From positions 1,216,001 through 1,280,000 of the forward strand of contig OY969934.1 of assembly GCA_963704725.1 (NCBI GenBank): DNA of 64,000 bases, in the 5' to 3' direction. How positions within the stretch are numbered: the stretch's first letter is position 1; each line of letters opens with the position of its first letter. Under the pieces are notes generated by a model, which was not told the DNA's origin, did not search any database, and saw only the letters and a list, made by a program, of their open reading frames with translations. Positions 37,442 to 48,138 of the stretch are shown piece after piece. The stretch is from an uncultured Actinomycetes bacterium. GTDB lineage: Bacteria; Actinomycetota; UBA4738; HRBIN12. The translations under genes and the position numbers were made by a program.

Positions 37442-38673
37442 CGTCCTCCCACCCTCCTTCCTCCGACGTAGGTGTGCAGCACCGGATCGTGGCCCGGCCG
37501 GTACGGCACGTCGCGGACCCCGACCCCGTCGAGCACCACGAGGTCGGCGCGCATGCCGGGAGCCAGGGTACCGTGCGCGGCATCGAGACCCAGGACCCAC
37601 GCGGCGTTGACCGTGGTCGCGGCAAGGGCCTCGAGCGGCGTCATCGCGTACAGCGAGCAGGCGACGGCGATCGCCTCCGGCATCGAGACGACCGGGGACG
37701 TTCCGGGGTTGCAGTCGGTGGCGACCGCGATCGCCGCCCCGGCCCCGACGAGCGCCCGGACGTCCGGCGGCGAGGAGCGCAGGAACAGCGTCGAGGTGGG
37801 CAACACCACGGCGGCGGTCGAGGGCGCGCCACCCAGCGCGGCGATGCCGGCGGGGGAGACCCGGTTGAGGTGGTCGGCGCTCCTCGCGCCCAGTCCGACC
37901 GCCGCCTCGGCGGCGCCCGACGCCCCGAGCTGGTCGGCGTGGCACCGCAAGGGCAGCCCGTGCGCCGCGGCGGCCTCGCTCACCGCCCGGAGGTCGTCGA
38001 GCGAGAACGCGATGTCCTCCACGTACACGTCCACGGCGTCCGCGAGCCCCTCGGCGGCCGCGGCCGGGATCAGTTCCTCGCACACCGCCCGCACCCAGTC
38101 GGCGCGGGTCGAGCCGGAAGGGACGGCGTGACAGCAAAGGAGCGTCACCGTGCACGTCTGCGGGGCTTCGGCGGCGAGCCGTCGCGCCAGCCGCGCCTGG
38201 CGCAGCTCGGCCTCGACCGACAGGCCGTAGCCGGTCTTGAGCTCGAGCGCGGTGGTGCCGTGGTCGGCCATCTCCTGCACGAGCGGCCGGCAGAACGCGA
38301 GCACCTCGTCGTCGGAGGCCGCGGCCAACAGGCGGGCGCTCCGGTAGATGCCGCCCTCGCCGTGGAGCTCGCGGTAGGAGACGCCCAAGAGCCGGGCCTC
38401 GAACTCGTCGGCCCGCCACCCGACGAACGGCAGGTGCGTGTGGCAGTCCACGAACCCGGGGACGATCGTGCAGCCCTCGAACCACTCCGGCTCGATCCCG
38501 GCCAGGTCCTCCGCCGGCCCCACGAACGTGACGATCCCGTCCTCCCAGGCGACGGCGCTCGGGGCGCCCGTCTCGCGGGCCCACGGGCCGTCGCCGCGGG
38601 CGATGCCGGCGGGCGTGGCGAGGTTCGAGGCGGCGACGGCGCCGCGGGCGGGCTCGGGCACGGCGCCATCCAA
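37438..38673 (-). CDS. hutI: Imidazolonepropionase
   Basis: PGFVDCHTH, GGIY, GTTALELKTGYGL, HADQL, SADHL, ATDCNPGTS; start position uncertain. Confidence 0.93.
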   Translation of the reverse strand: MDGAVPEPARGAVAASNLATPAGIARGDGPWARETGAPSAVAWEDGIVTFVGPAEDLAGIEPEWFEGCTIVPGFVDCHTHLPFVGWRADEFEARLLGVSYRELHGEGGIYRSARLLAAASDDEVLAFCRPLVQEMADHGTTALELKTGYGLSVEAELRQARLARRLAAEAPQTCTVTLLCCHAVPSGSTRADWVRAVCEELIPAAAAEGLADAVDVYVEDIAFSLDDLRAVSEAAAAHGLPLRCHADQLGASGAAEAAVGLGARSADHLNRVSPAGIAALGGAPSTAAVVLPTSTLFLRSSPPDVRALVGAGAAIAVATDCNPGTSPVVSMPEAIAVACSLYAMTPLEALAATTVNAAWVLGLDAAHGTLAPGMRADLVVLDGVGVRDVPYRPGHDPVLHTYVGGRRVGGR

Positions 38674-38717
38674 GGGCAGCGGGCGATGGGGCGCAAGCGC
38701 GTCCGTAGACTGCGGCC

Positions 38718-39932
38718 GTGAGCGAGGGGGAGCCGGGGTTCCGCGAGGTGGTCCGGACCCCCGAGGTCCGGGCGGCCGTGGCCGGGACGTTCGTGATCAT
38801 GCTCGGCTTCGGCATCGTCTCGCCGGTCCTGCCGAGCTACGCGCGGAGCTTCGGCGTCGACAAGGCCGCGGTCGGCCTCCTGATCTCGGTCTTCGCCTTC
38901 GCCCGGCTCGTGGCTGATCCGTTCGTCGGTCGCTTCATCGATCGGCACGGCGAACGGGCCATGACGACCCTCGGCGCCGGGATCGTCGGCCTCTCCTCGA
39001 TCGCCGCGGGTCTCGCGCCGAACTTCCCGCTCCTGCTCCTGCTTCGGGGGCTCGGCGGCTTCGGCTCCTCCCTCTTCTTCGCCTCGCTCCTCTCGTTCCT
39101 GCTGCGAACGATCCCGCCGGAGCGATCGGGCCGGGTGATGAGCGTCTACTACGGATCGTTCAACGTGGGCTTCATCGCCGGGGGGCCGTTGGGCGGCCTG
39201 GTCGCCAACCTGTTCGGGCTCGCCAGCCCCCTGCACGTGTACGGATCGGCCTGCTTCGTGTCCGCGTGGCTGTTCTGGCGGACGATGCGCGACCCCGTGC
39301 GGCAGGACGGGGAGCGCCGCAAGGGCGGGATCCGCCGCCTGCCGTGGAGCCGGCCGCTCGTCACGGTGCTCGCCGTGAACGGCGCCTATCTGTGGATGGT
39401 GGGCGCGGTCTTCTCGACCCTCGTCCCGCTGTTCGGAAAGGACGAGGTGGGGCTCGGCCTGGGCGGCGTGGGCTTCGCGCTCGCGATCGTGACCGGGGTC
39501 GAGCTCGTCTGCCTCTTCCCTGCGGGCAAGATGACCGACCGGTCCGGGCGCAAGGCCGTGCTCGTGCCGTCGCTGGCCGGGCTGACCGCGCTCACGGCGA
39601 TCCTCGGGTTCGCCACGTCGGCGGTCGTGTTCCTGGGCCTCATGGCGGTGCTCGGCGCCTCGAGCGGGTACGCGGGCGTCCCCCCGGCACCGATGCTGTC
39701 CGACGTGACGCCGGAGGAGCTGAAGGGGTCGGCGGTCGCGATGTTCCGCCTCGTCGGCGACGTGGGCTTCGTCCTCGGACCGGTCGTTGCGGGATGGACC
39801 GCGCAGCACTTCGGCTACCCGGCCGCCTTCGCGGTGAGCGCGGCCCCCACCGCCCTGGCCCTCGGACTGGTCCTGTCGATCCCGGAGACCATGCGGCGGC
39901 TGCCGGCGACCGGCGAGGCTGCGGGGTTCTGA
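38718..39932 (+). CDS. MFS transporter (DHA1-like)
   Basis: GRFIDRHGER motif A, RGLGGFG, about 12 TM; TAGACT 6 nt before GTG. Confidence 0.88.
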   Translation: MSEGEPGFREVVRTPEVRAAVAGTFVIMLGFGIVSPVLPSYARSFGVDKAAVGLLISVFAFARLVADPFVGRFIDRHGERAMTTLGAGIVGLSSIAAGLAPNFPLLLLLRGLGGFGSSLFFASLLSFLLRTIPPERSGRVMSVYYGSFNVGFIAGGPLGGLVANLFGLASPLHVYGSACFVSAWLFWRTMRDPVRQDGERRKGGIRRLPWSRPLVTVLAVNGAYLWMVGAVFSTLVPLFGKDEVGLGLGGVGFALAIVTGVELVCLFPAGKMTDRSGRKAVLVPSLAGLTALTAILGFATSAVVFLGLMAVLGASSGYAGVPPAPMLSDVTPEELKGSAVAMFRLVGDVGFVLGPVVAGWTAQHFGYPAAFAVSAAPTALALGLVLSIPETMRRLPATGEAAGF

Positions 39933-39945
39933 GGAGGAGGTCGCC

Positions 39946-40377
39946 GTGCTCGTCCGCGCGTCGACGCTGATCCCCGCGACACCCCAGACGTTGTGGGACG
40001 AGCTTGTCCGGTGGGAGGACCAGGCGCGGTGGATGACGGACGCGGACTCCGTGCGCGTGCTGAGCCTGGTCCGCGAGGGCCCGGGGGTGCGCCTGGCCGT
40101 TCGGACGCGCGTGCTGAACGTGCCGCTGTTCACCGAGCAGCTCGAGGTCACCCTGTGGGATCCGCCGCGCCGGCTCGTGATCGCCCACCGGAGCTTCGTC
40201 CGAGGCCTGGGCATTTGGGCACTCACGCCGGAGGGCCCCGGCACGAGGCTGCTGTGGATGGAGCAGATCGCGCTGCCGGTGCCGTTCCTCGGCGAGCTCG
40301 CGCTGCTCGCGTACCGGCCCTTCCTCGGCCGGACGATGCGCCGGGCTCTGCAGCGCCTGGGCGCCACCTTCGGGTGA
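39946..40377 (+). CDS. SRPBCC family protein
   Basis: ATPQTLWDELVRWEDQARWM, WDPPRRL pattern; GAGGAGG SD. Confidence 0.8.
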   Translation: MLVRASTLIPATPQTLWDELVRWEDQARWMTDADSVRVLSLVREGPGVRLAVRTRVLNVPLFTEQLEVTLWDPPRRLVIAHRSFVRGLGIWALTPEGPGTRLLWMEQIALPVPFLGELALLAYRPFLGRTMRRALQRLGATFG

Positions 40378-40396
40378 GGCCGGGGTAGCATCGCGG

Positions 40397-40492
40397 TGAC
40401 AGCAGGGGAGTCCGGTGCACCGGGCTGAGAGGCGGGCTGCGCGGCCCGCGACCCTTGGAACCTGATCCGGTTCACGCCGGCGGAGGGAGCGC
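40397..40492 (+). promoter_or_regulatory. TPP (thiamine pyrophosphate) riboswitch
   Basis: GGGGAGTCC...GGGCTGAGAG...GACCCTTGGAACCTGATCCGGTTCACGCCGGCGGAGGGAG matches the THI-box consensus; -10 TAGCAT 40386-40391; upstream of a CytX-like permease. Confidence 0.92.
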
Positions 40493-40494
40493 AG

Positions 40495-40563
40495 ATGGGC
40501 TCAGGTGGCGGAGCGGTAGCCCAACGAACGGCCTCGAGCAGCGCAGCGGTGGCCCGAAGCTGA
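40495..40563 (+). CDS. Putative 22-aa leader uORF (MGSGGGAVAQRTASSSAAVARS) coupled to cytX by TGATG
   Basis: ATG 5 nt after GGAGGGAG at the 3' end of the riboswitch; stop TGA 40561-40563 overlaps ATG 40563. Confidence 0.45.
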   Translation: MGSGGGAVAQRTASSSAAVARS

Positions 40564-42014
40564 TGGCGTCGAGCATCGCCGAGCGGTTGGAGCGGGTCCT
40601 CGAGCGCGAGGCTCCCGCGTGGGGCATCCGGCCCGTCCCGCCCGATCGCAGGACGCTGTCGGGGCTCGACCTCGCGGTCCTGTGGGGCGACCTCTCGGTC
40701 GGCCTGCTCGTGATGGTGACCGGGGCCCTCCTCGTGCCGGCCCTAGGCCTGGGGCCCGCCCTCCTCGCGATCGCCGTGGGGAGCGCCCTCGGCTGCGTCC
40801 CGCTCGCGCTCGTGGCCCTGGCCGGCGAGCGCGAGCGCGTCCCCACGATGGTGCTGCTGCGCCCCGTGCTCGGAACGCGCGGATCGTTCCTGCCCTCGGC
40901 GCTCAACGTCGTGCAGCTCGTGGGGTGGACGGCGGTCGAGTTCTGGGCCATGGGCGAGGTGGCGAACGTGGCGTCCGTGCGCCTGTTCGGGCTCGACGCG
41001 CGGAACCTGTGGGTCGCGATCGTCGCCGTGATCTGCACGGCGCTCGCCGCCGGCGGCCCGGTGCTCGTCGTCCGCCGGTGGCTCGAGCGGTTCGGGATCT
41101 ACGTGCTGATCGGCACCGCGGTGTGGATCACGGTCGAGGTGCTCCGGGCCGGAGACCTCGGCGCAGCGTGGCGGGCTCCCGGTCGGGGCGGGCTGCCGTT
41201 CTGGCTCGGCGTCGACCTCGTCCTCGTGATGCCCGTCTCGTGGCTCCCGCTCGCCGCCGACTACAACCGGTTCGCGAGGTCGGGGTCGCGCGGCGCCGCG
41301 GGGACCTACGCCGGGTACCTCGTCGGCAACGCCTGGTTCTACGGACTCGGAGTCCTGCTCGCGCTGGCCGCGGGCGCGAGCGCCGACGTCGTCGGCATCG
41401 GCTCGTCGATCGTGGCGCTCGCCGGCGGCGGGCTGGTGCTCCTCGCGCTGCTCGTGGGCGAGAGCGACAACGCGTTCGCCGACATCTACTCGGCCGCCGT
41501 CTCGGTCCAGAACGTCGCGCCCGACGTCCCGCAGCGAGGGCTGGTAGCCGTGGTCGGGGGACTGGGGTTCCTGCTCGCGCTCGTCCTGTCGATGGAGAGC
41601 TACGAGCTGTTCCTGCTCCTCGTCGGCTCGGTCTTCGTCCCTCTGTTCGGCGTGTTCGCCGCCGACTACTTCGTCCGGCGGGGCGGGGCCTACGGCGAGG
41701 ACGCCCTGTTCGCCAGCACGGGGATCCGATGGGCGGCGTTCGTCCCGTGGGCGGCGGGGTTCGTCGCCTACCACTGGAGCGTCGCGACGGGGCCGCAGGC
41801 GTGGGTGGACGCGGTCCGGACCGTCCTCGCCGACTGGCTCCGGCTGCCGTACCCGCTGTTCGGATCGCGGATCGGGGCCAGCCTGCCGAGCTTCGCCGTC
41901 GCGTTCGCGCTCGGCCTGGCCCTCGTGCGCCGGGACGCTACCCGGCGGTCGGCGCCGGAGGAGGAGGAGCCGTCACGATCAGCACGACCGCAGGATCCGG
42001 CGACGCGTTCGTGA
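40563..42014 (+). CDS. cytX: NCS1/purine-cytosine permease family, putative hydroxymethylpyrimidine/thiamine transporter
   Basis: GIRPVPPDRR, LRPVLGTRGS..PS.LN..QL.GW, SWLPLAADYNRF, NAFADIYS; TPP riboswitch upstream. Confidence 0.85.
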   Translation: MASSIAERLERVLEREAPAWGIRPVPPDRRTLSGLDLAVLWGDLSVGLLVMVTGALLVPALGLGPALLAIAVGSALGCVPLALVALAGERERVPTMVLLRPVLGTRGSFLPSALNVVQLVGWTAVEFWAMGEVANVASVRLFGLDARNLWVAIVAVICTALAAGGPVLVVRRWLERFGIYVLIGTAVWITVEVLRAGDLGAAWRAPGRGGLPFWLGVDLVLVMPVSWLPLAADYNRFARSGSRGAAGTYAGYLVGNAWFYGLGVLLALAAGASADVVGIGSSIVALAGGGLVLLALLVGESDNAFADIYSAAVSVQNVAPDVPQRGLVAVVGGLGFLLALVLSMESYELFLLLVGSVFVPLFGVFAADYFVRRGGAYGEDALFASTGIRWAAFVPWAAGFVAYHWSVATGPQAWVDAVRTVLADWLRLPYPLFGSRIGASLPSFAVAFALGLALVRRDATRRSAPEEEEPSRSARPQDPATRS

Positions 42015-42273
42015 TCGAGAGCTCGGAGGCCGCCGGCACGAGCGCCGTCTCCCACTGCTCGCGCCGCTTGCGGCTCCGGCCCACCTGCACCACGACCCGG
42101 CCCGTCACGACCACGACGACGGCGTCGGACCCGCGATCGGAGATCGGGCCGAGGCTCTGATTCCGGTCCAGGCAGACGACCTCCGACCACAGGCGGTCGG
42201 TCTCGAACAGCGTCGCGTGATGCGGTCCGTCCTCGTCGAAGTGCACGAGATCGCGCAGGTCACGGGCCTCCAC
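41938..42273 (-). CDS. Cupin-like small protein
   Basis: Beta-rich LWSEVVCL..Q, VVVVVTGRVVVQVG, ITNAS..AVVLIVTAP; His ligands absent; TACCCT 7 nt before GTG. Confidence 0.7.
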   Translation of the reverse strand: MEARDLRDLVHFDEDGPHHATLFETDRLWSEVVCLDRNQSLGPISDRGSDAVVVVVTGRVVVQVGRSRKRREQWETALVPAASELSITNASPDPAVVLIVTAPPPPAPTAG

Positions 42274-42386
42274 GGACCGCAGGGTACCGTCCCACGGCCG
42301 GACCATCCGGCCGGCGAGCGCGACCGGCCGCACCCGGTGGCGCCCCGATAGACTCCCCCTTCGGCCGACGACGCAAGGAGTGTGCG

Positions 42387-43876
<1,490 letters not shown>

Positions 43877-43880
<4 letters not shown>

Positions 43881-44602
43881 CCACGGAGGATCCGGCCGCG
43901 GAGGGATCCGGCCCGGCCCTGGCCGTCTTCGCGCACCCCGACGACGCCGAGATCTCCGCGGGCGGCACGCTCGCGAAGTGGGCGGCCACGGGGCGCGAGG
44001 TGCATCTGCTGGTGCTCACGAACGGCGACCGCGGCTCGCAGGACCCCGCGCTCGACCGCGCCGAGCTCGCCCGGATCCGCGCCCGCGAGACCGTCGAGGG
44101 AGCCCGGGTCCTCGGCCTGTCGAGCGCGACGGTGCTCGACGTCCACGACGGTGACCTGGAGAACACGCCGCAGATCCGCGCCGAGGTCGTCCGGGCGATC
44201 CGGCGCGTCCGGCCCACCACGGTCGTCTCGTGCGACCCGACGGCGTGGTTCTTCGAGAACCGCTACTACAACCACTCCGACCACCGCACGGCCGGCGTGA
44301 TCGCGCTCGACGCGGTGTTCCCCGGCGCCGGCAACCCCCACTACTTCACCGACCACCTGCAGGAGGGACTCGATCCGCACGACGTTGCCCACGTGTGGCT
44401 GGGATGGACGCTCGAGCCCAACCACCGGGAGGACGTCACCGGGTTCCTCGAGACCAAGCTCGCCGCGCTGGCCGAGCACGACAGCCAGCTCGCCGAGGGC
44501 ATCCGCTTCTTCGAGCAGGAGCTCACGAAGGAGGCCGAGGAGGCCGGCGGCGCGATCGGCGCCCGCCACGCCGAGGAGTTCCGCGTGCTCGACCTGTCCT
44601 GA
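43877..44602 (+). CDS. PIG-L family deacetylase
   Basis: AHPDDAE..AGG, TNGDRG, HSDH; GTGA overlap with pepA. Confidence 0.9.
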
Positions 44603-44670
44603 GGCAAGCCGCCCTCGCGTTGATGAAGACATCCCTGCGCCATTCGCGCCCACCGATACGCTGAGCGACG

Positions 44671-44847
44671 ATGGCGCGCAGGGATCGTTGCCCGCGGTGT
44701 CGGGGCCGAGGTTGGATCATCGTGCGAACCAACTGGGCCGCTTTCTTGTTCTGGTGGGTGGCGGTGTTGCTGGATCGGCCCTTCTTCGACAGCGAGACGT
44801 GTCCGACATGCGGCGGCTCGGGTCGGACTCCATGGCGAGTGGAGTAG
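44671..44847 (+). CDS. 58-aa microprotein: CxxCxGxG - hydrophobic segment - CxxCxGxG
   Basis: Not in the ORF track. MARRDRCPRCRGRGWIIVRTNWAAFLFWWVAVLLDRPFFDSETCPTCGGSGRTPWRVE; TACGCT 8 nt before ATG; fills an otherwise empty gap. Confidence 0.7.
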   Translation: MARRDRCPRCRGRGWIIVRTNWAAFLFWWVAVLLDRPFFDSETCPTCGGSGRTPWRVE

Positions 44848-44893
44848 CACGCCGCGCGAGCGTCGTCTTGCGGGAGGAAGGAAGGTTCGACCG

Positions 44894-45685
44894 CTACGGC
44901 TTGACGCCGACCGCGAAGGCGACGTCGCGGAAGTCGTTGAGGGGATCGGCGAAGCGGTCCGCGAAGACCTCGCGGCCTCGCGCGATCATCGACGCGTAGC
45001 CGCTCTCGCCGAGCATCGACCGGACGAAGCGGCCGGTGGCCCACGTGGACAGGCCCTCCACGTACTCGTCCAGCCCGTACGTGAAGTGGTACCGGCGGAT
45101 CTCGGTTCGGACGTGACGGAGGCCCGCGTCCATCAGCGCCTCCTCGAGCGCCTCGCGGTCGCGGAAGCGCTCGCGCCAGGGGAGCCGCTCGTTGAGCGCC
45201 GGCTGCAGGATCTCGCGCGGCACCGCCCGCTCGACGATCTCGGTCCAGGTGCGCGACAGCTCGTCCTCGCCGTCCGCCCACGCGCTGAGGGCCAGCCGAC
45301 CGCCGGGGCGGAGCACCCGGAGCATGTCGAAGAGAGCGGTCTGGTACTTGGTGAAGTGCGCGAGCACGAAGTTGGCGACCACCGCGTCGAACGATCCGTC
45401 GCGGAACGGCAGGTCGATGGCCTCGGCGGCGGCCGTGGCGACCGACGGTCGCGCTCGCCGGCCCACCGCGAGCATCCCCAGCGACTGGTCGACCCCGAAC
45501 GCCGTCGCCCCGGCCTGCGCCGCGGCCTCGGCGGCCACCCCCGTCCCCGTCCCGACGTCCAGGACCCGCGACCCGGGGCCCGCCCCCGCCACCGCGACGA
45601 GATCCCGCGCGGGCTGGGCGAGCCGGGACGCGTGGATCCGCTCGTACGTCTCCGCGACGCCGTCGTAGCTGCGCCAGCCGTCCAT
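44894..45685 (-). CDS. Class I SAM-dependent methyltransferase
   Basis: VLDVGTGTG, GVDQSLGML, LPFRDGSFDAV, RVLRPGG. Confidence 0.9.
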   Translation of the reverse strand: MDGWRSYDGVAETYERIHASRLAQPARDLVAVAGAGPGSRVLDVGTGTGVAAEAAAQAGATAFGVDQSLGMLAVGRRARPSVATAAAEAIDLPFRDGSFDAVVANFVLAHFTKYQTALFDMLRVLRPGGRLALSAWADGEDELSRTWTEIVERAVPREILQPALNERLPWRERFRDREALEEALMDAGLRHVRTEIRRYHFTYGLDEYVEGLSTWATGRFVRSMLGESGYASMIARGREVFADRFADPLNDFRDVAFAVGVKP

Positions 45686-45773
45686 CGGGAGCCCAGCCTA
45701 CCCGTCGATCTCGCATCCGAGGGATCGCCCGGCGCCAGCCGGTAGGCTGTGCCGCGGGCATGCGGGAGACGAG

Positions 45774-46550
45774 GTGACCGGCCCGGCCGGCGTGACGGCG
45801 CTCGTGCTCGCGGAGACGGTGGCGGGCGGTCTGGTGCTGCTGTTCCTGACCCCGCTGTGGAACGAGGTGAAGCGGGGGTTCTTCACGCTCACCGGGTCGA
45901 TCCTGCTCGCCCTGACCGCCGCGGCGTGGGCGTCCGTCGACGCCGGCCTCGTCCGGGGAAGCGGGGCGGGGACCTGGGCGCTCCGTCTGTCGATCGTGCT
46001 GGCGGCGCTCCTGCTGGCCTGCGTCGCACTGCTGTTCGCGCGACGGCAGGCGTTCGCCCGCGCGCTCGGGTTCGCCGCCGCGCCGGTGGCGATCGCCCTG
46101 CTCGTCGCGATGGCGGGCACCGCGGAGGGTTCCTCGGTCGTCGCGATGCTGCAGCTGCTGGCCGGGGCGGCCTTCCTTGGGGCGGTCATGGATGGGCTGC
46201 TGCTCGGCCACTGGTACCTCACCGACCGCGGCCTGACGCGAACGCCGATCAACCGGACGACGAACCTGCTCCTCGTCGGCGTCGTGCTCGAGGCGGCGGC
46301 GCTGCTCCTCGGCGGGTTCGGCCCCACCGAGGCCAGCTCGCAGTTCAACCCTCTCCTCACGTCGGCCGGTCTGGCCTCGTGGATCGCGCTGGGGATGGTC
46401 GCGACGACCGCGCTCATCGCCGTGATGATCCGGCTCACGCTGAAGGGCGCGAGGTCCTCGGCCGTCCAGGCGGCCACCGGGTTCTTCTACCTCGCCGTGA
46501 TCACGGCGATGACGGCCGAGTTCGCGGCCAAGGTCCGCTTCCTTCCCTGA
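45774..46550 (+). CDS. Conserved multi-pass membrane protein (LLGHWYL motif)
   Basis: About 8 hydrophobic segments; DGLLLGHWYL and SAVQAATGFFY motifs. Confidence 0.7.
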   Translation: MTGPAGVTALVLAETVAGGLVLLFLTPLWNEVKRGFFTLTGSILLALTAAAWASVDAGLVRGSGAGTWALRLSIVLAALLLACVALLFARRQAFARALGFAAAPVAIALLVAMAGTAEGSSVVAMLQLLAGAAFLGAVMDGLLLGHWYLTDRGLTRTPINRTTNLLLVGVVLEAAALLLGGFGPTEASSQFNPLLTSAGLASWIALGMVATTALIAVMIRLTLKGARSSAVQAATGFFYLAVITAMTAEFAAKVRFLP

Positions 46551-46555
46551 CCCCG

Positions 46556-47185
46556 ATGGACGCCGTGGTGATGATCGGTGGGCTGGCGCTCGAGGGCGCG
46601 GCGTGGTGGGTGGTGGCGTTCCGCCGAGGGGACGTGTGGCGGGCCACGGTTCCCGCGCTCGTCGCGATCGGTCTCGCCGCCCTGGTCGCCGGTCCTCCCG
46701 CGTGGTCGCCCGCCGTCCATCCCGCGGTCGCCGTGGGCGGTGGCGCGGCGGCCGGCGTGGCGCTGTACCTCGCGACGCGCGCGTTCGTGGCCGTGGTCGC
46801 GCCGTGGGAGAGCTTCCACCGGCACTCGCTGGCGATGTACCTGCGGCAGGGGGAGCGGTCCCTGGCCCACGCGCTCGTGCTGTCGGTGGTCCTGTCGGTC
46901 CCGGGGGAGGAGATGTTCTGGCGTGGGTTCTTCCAGCGCCAGCTGCTCGACGCGTTCGGGGGCCGGGCCGCGCTGGCCGCCCTCGTCACGTGGGCCGCGT
47001 TCGTCGCGGCCAACCTGCCGAGCGCGAACCTCGCGATCGTGGCCGGCGCCGTGGTCGGCGGGGCGGCCTGGACCGGATTGGGGTGGTGGTGCGGCGGCGC
47101 CCTCGCGCCGCTCGCCTCGCACGCGGTGTGGACGGCGCTGATGCTCTCGTTCCCCGTCGTTCGCGGGGCCGAGGTCGGGCCGTGA
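46556..47185 (+). CDS. CPBP (CAAX/Abi) family intramembrane glutamic protease
   Basis: EEMFWRG and SHAVW motifs in a TM context. Confidence 0.8.
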   Translation: MDAVVMIGGLALEGAAWWVVAFRRGDVWRATVPALVAIGLAALVAGPPAWSPAVHPAVAVGGGAAAGVALYLATRAFVAVVAPWESFHRHSLAMYLRQGERSLAHALVLSVVLSVPGEEMFWRGFFQRQLLDAFGGRAALAALVTWAAFVAANLPSANLAIVAGAVVGGAAWTGLGWWCGGALAPLASHAVWTALMLSFPVVRGAEVGP

Positions 47186-48138
47186 ACGACCTGCCCGACG
47201 ACGTCCGGGCCGTCCTGGAGCGCGGCGCGTTCTGCCACGTGGCCGCGCTCACCCCGATCGGGCCCCACGTGACCCCGATGGTGTTCTCGATCGCCGGCGG
47301 GCGGGTATGGGTGACGACCTCGAGGCGATCGGTCAAGGCGCGCGCCTGGAGGTCGGATCCTCGCACGGCCGGGCTCGTGCGGGCCGGAGACGAGGCCGTC
47401 GTGTTCACCGGCGTCGCCGTGACGCACGACGCCCTCGAGCCCTCGTCGTGGGCCCGCTCGCTCGCGGAGACCCCCGTGCTCTCGCTCGCGGCGGCGCGCT
47501 TCACACGGAAGAACGCGCGGTTCTTCGCCGGCTACGCCGTCGACGCCCACGCCGTGCCGCTGGCCTGGACCCCCCCGGGCCGCGTCTTCGTCGAGATGCG
47601 GATCGACCGTGTGGCCCTGCTGGGAGCGGAGGGGGCGCCCCGGGGGTGGGGGACGTGGCGGGAGGCCGACGTGCCCTCCGCGCCGCGCTTCAGGGCCGCC
47701 CGAGCGGGCGAGGCGCCGCTCGCGGCGCTGCCCCCGGCGATCCGGATCGCGCTCGGCGACCGGGGCCGGGGCTCGCTCGCGGTCGACGGGGGGGAGGGCC
47801 CCGTCGTCCTGCCCGTGGCGTGGGCGGTCGAGGGGTCGGGCCTGTACGCGATCGCGAGCGAGGCGACGATGGCGCTCGCGGCGCCGGCTGGGGCGACGCC
47901 CCGCGTGGCGTTGGGGATCGACCGCCCGGCGTCGTGGCGGGCCCGGGAGATGGTCGGCGCCATGGTGCGGGGCACGGCGTCGATCCACGTGGCCCGGTGC
48001 CTGGCCTCGGGCGGTCGCTCCGCGCGCGCCGTGGCGTCGGCGGCGGGCGCAGGATCCGAGGACGCGGTCGTCGCCACGATCCGTCCGGAGCGCGCCGTGT
48101 GGTGGCGGGGCTGGGAGAGCGGGACGGTGACGGTGTGA
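47182..48138 (+). CDS. Pyridoxamine 5'-phosphate oxidase-like (split beta-barrel, possibly F420-binding) protein, apparently two domains
   Basis: GPHVTPM..S..KAR...DPR in the first half; GPVVLPV..PRVALGID..VRG..IRPER in the second; GTGA overlap. Confidence 0.7.
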   Translation: MNDLPDDVRAVLERGAFCHVAALTPIGPHVTPMVFSIAGGRVWVTTSRRSVKARAWRSDPRTAGLVRAGDEAVVFTGVAVTHDALEPSSWARSLAETPVLSLAAARFTRKNARFFAGYAVDAHAVPLAWTPPGRVFVEMRIDRVALLGAEGAPRGWGTWREADVPSAPRFRAARAGEAPLAALPPAIRIALGDRGRGSLAVDGGEGPVVLPVAWAVEGSGLYAIASEATMALAAPAGATPRVALGIDRPASWRAREMVGAMVRGTASIHVARCLASGGRSARAVASAAGAGSEDAVVATIRPERAVWWRGWESGTVTV

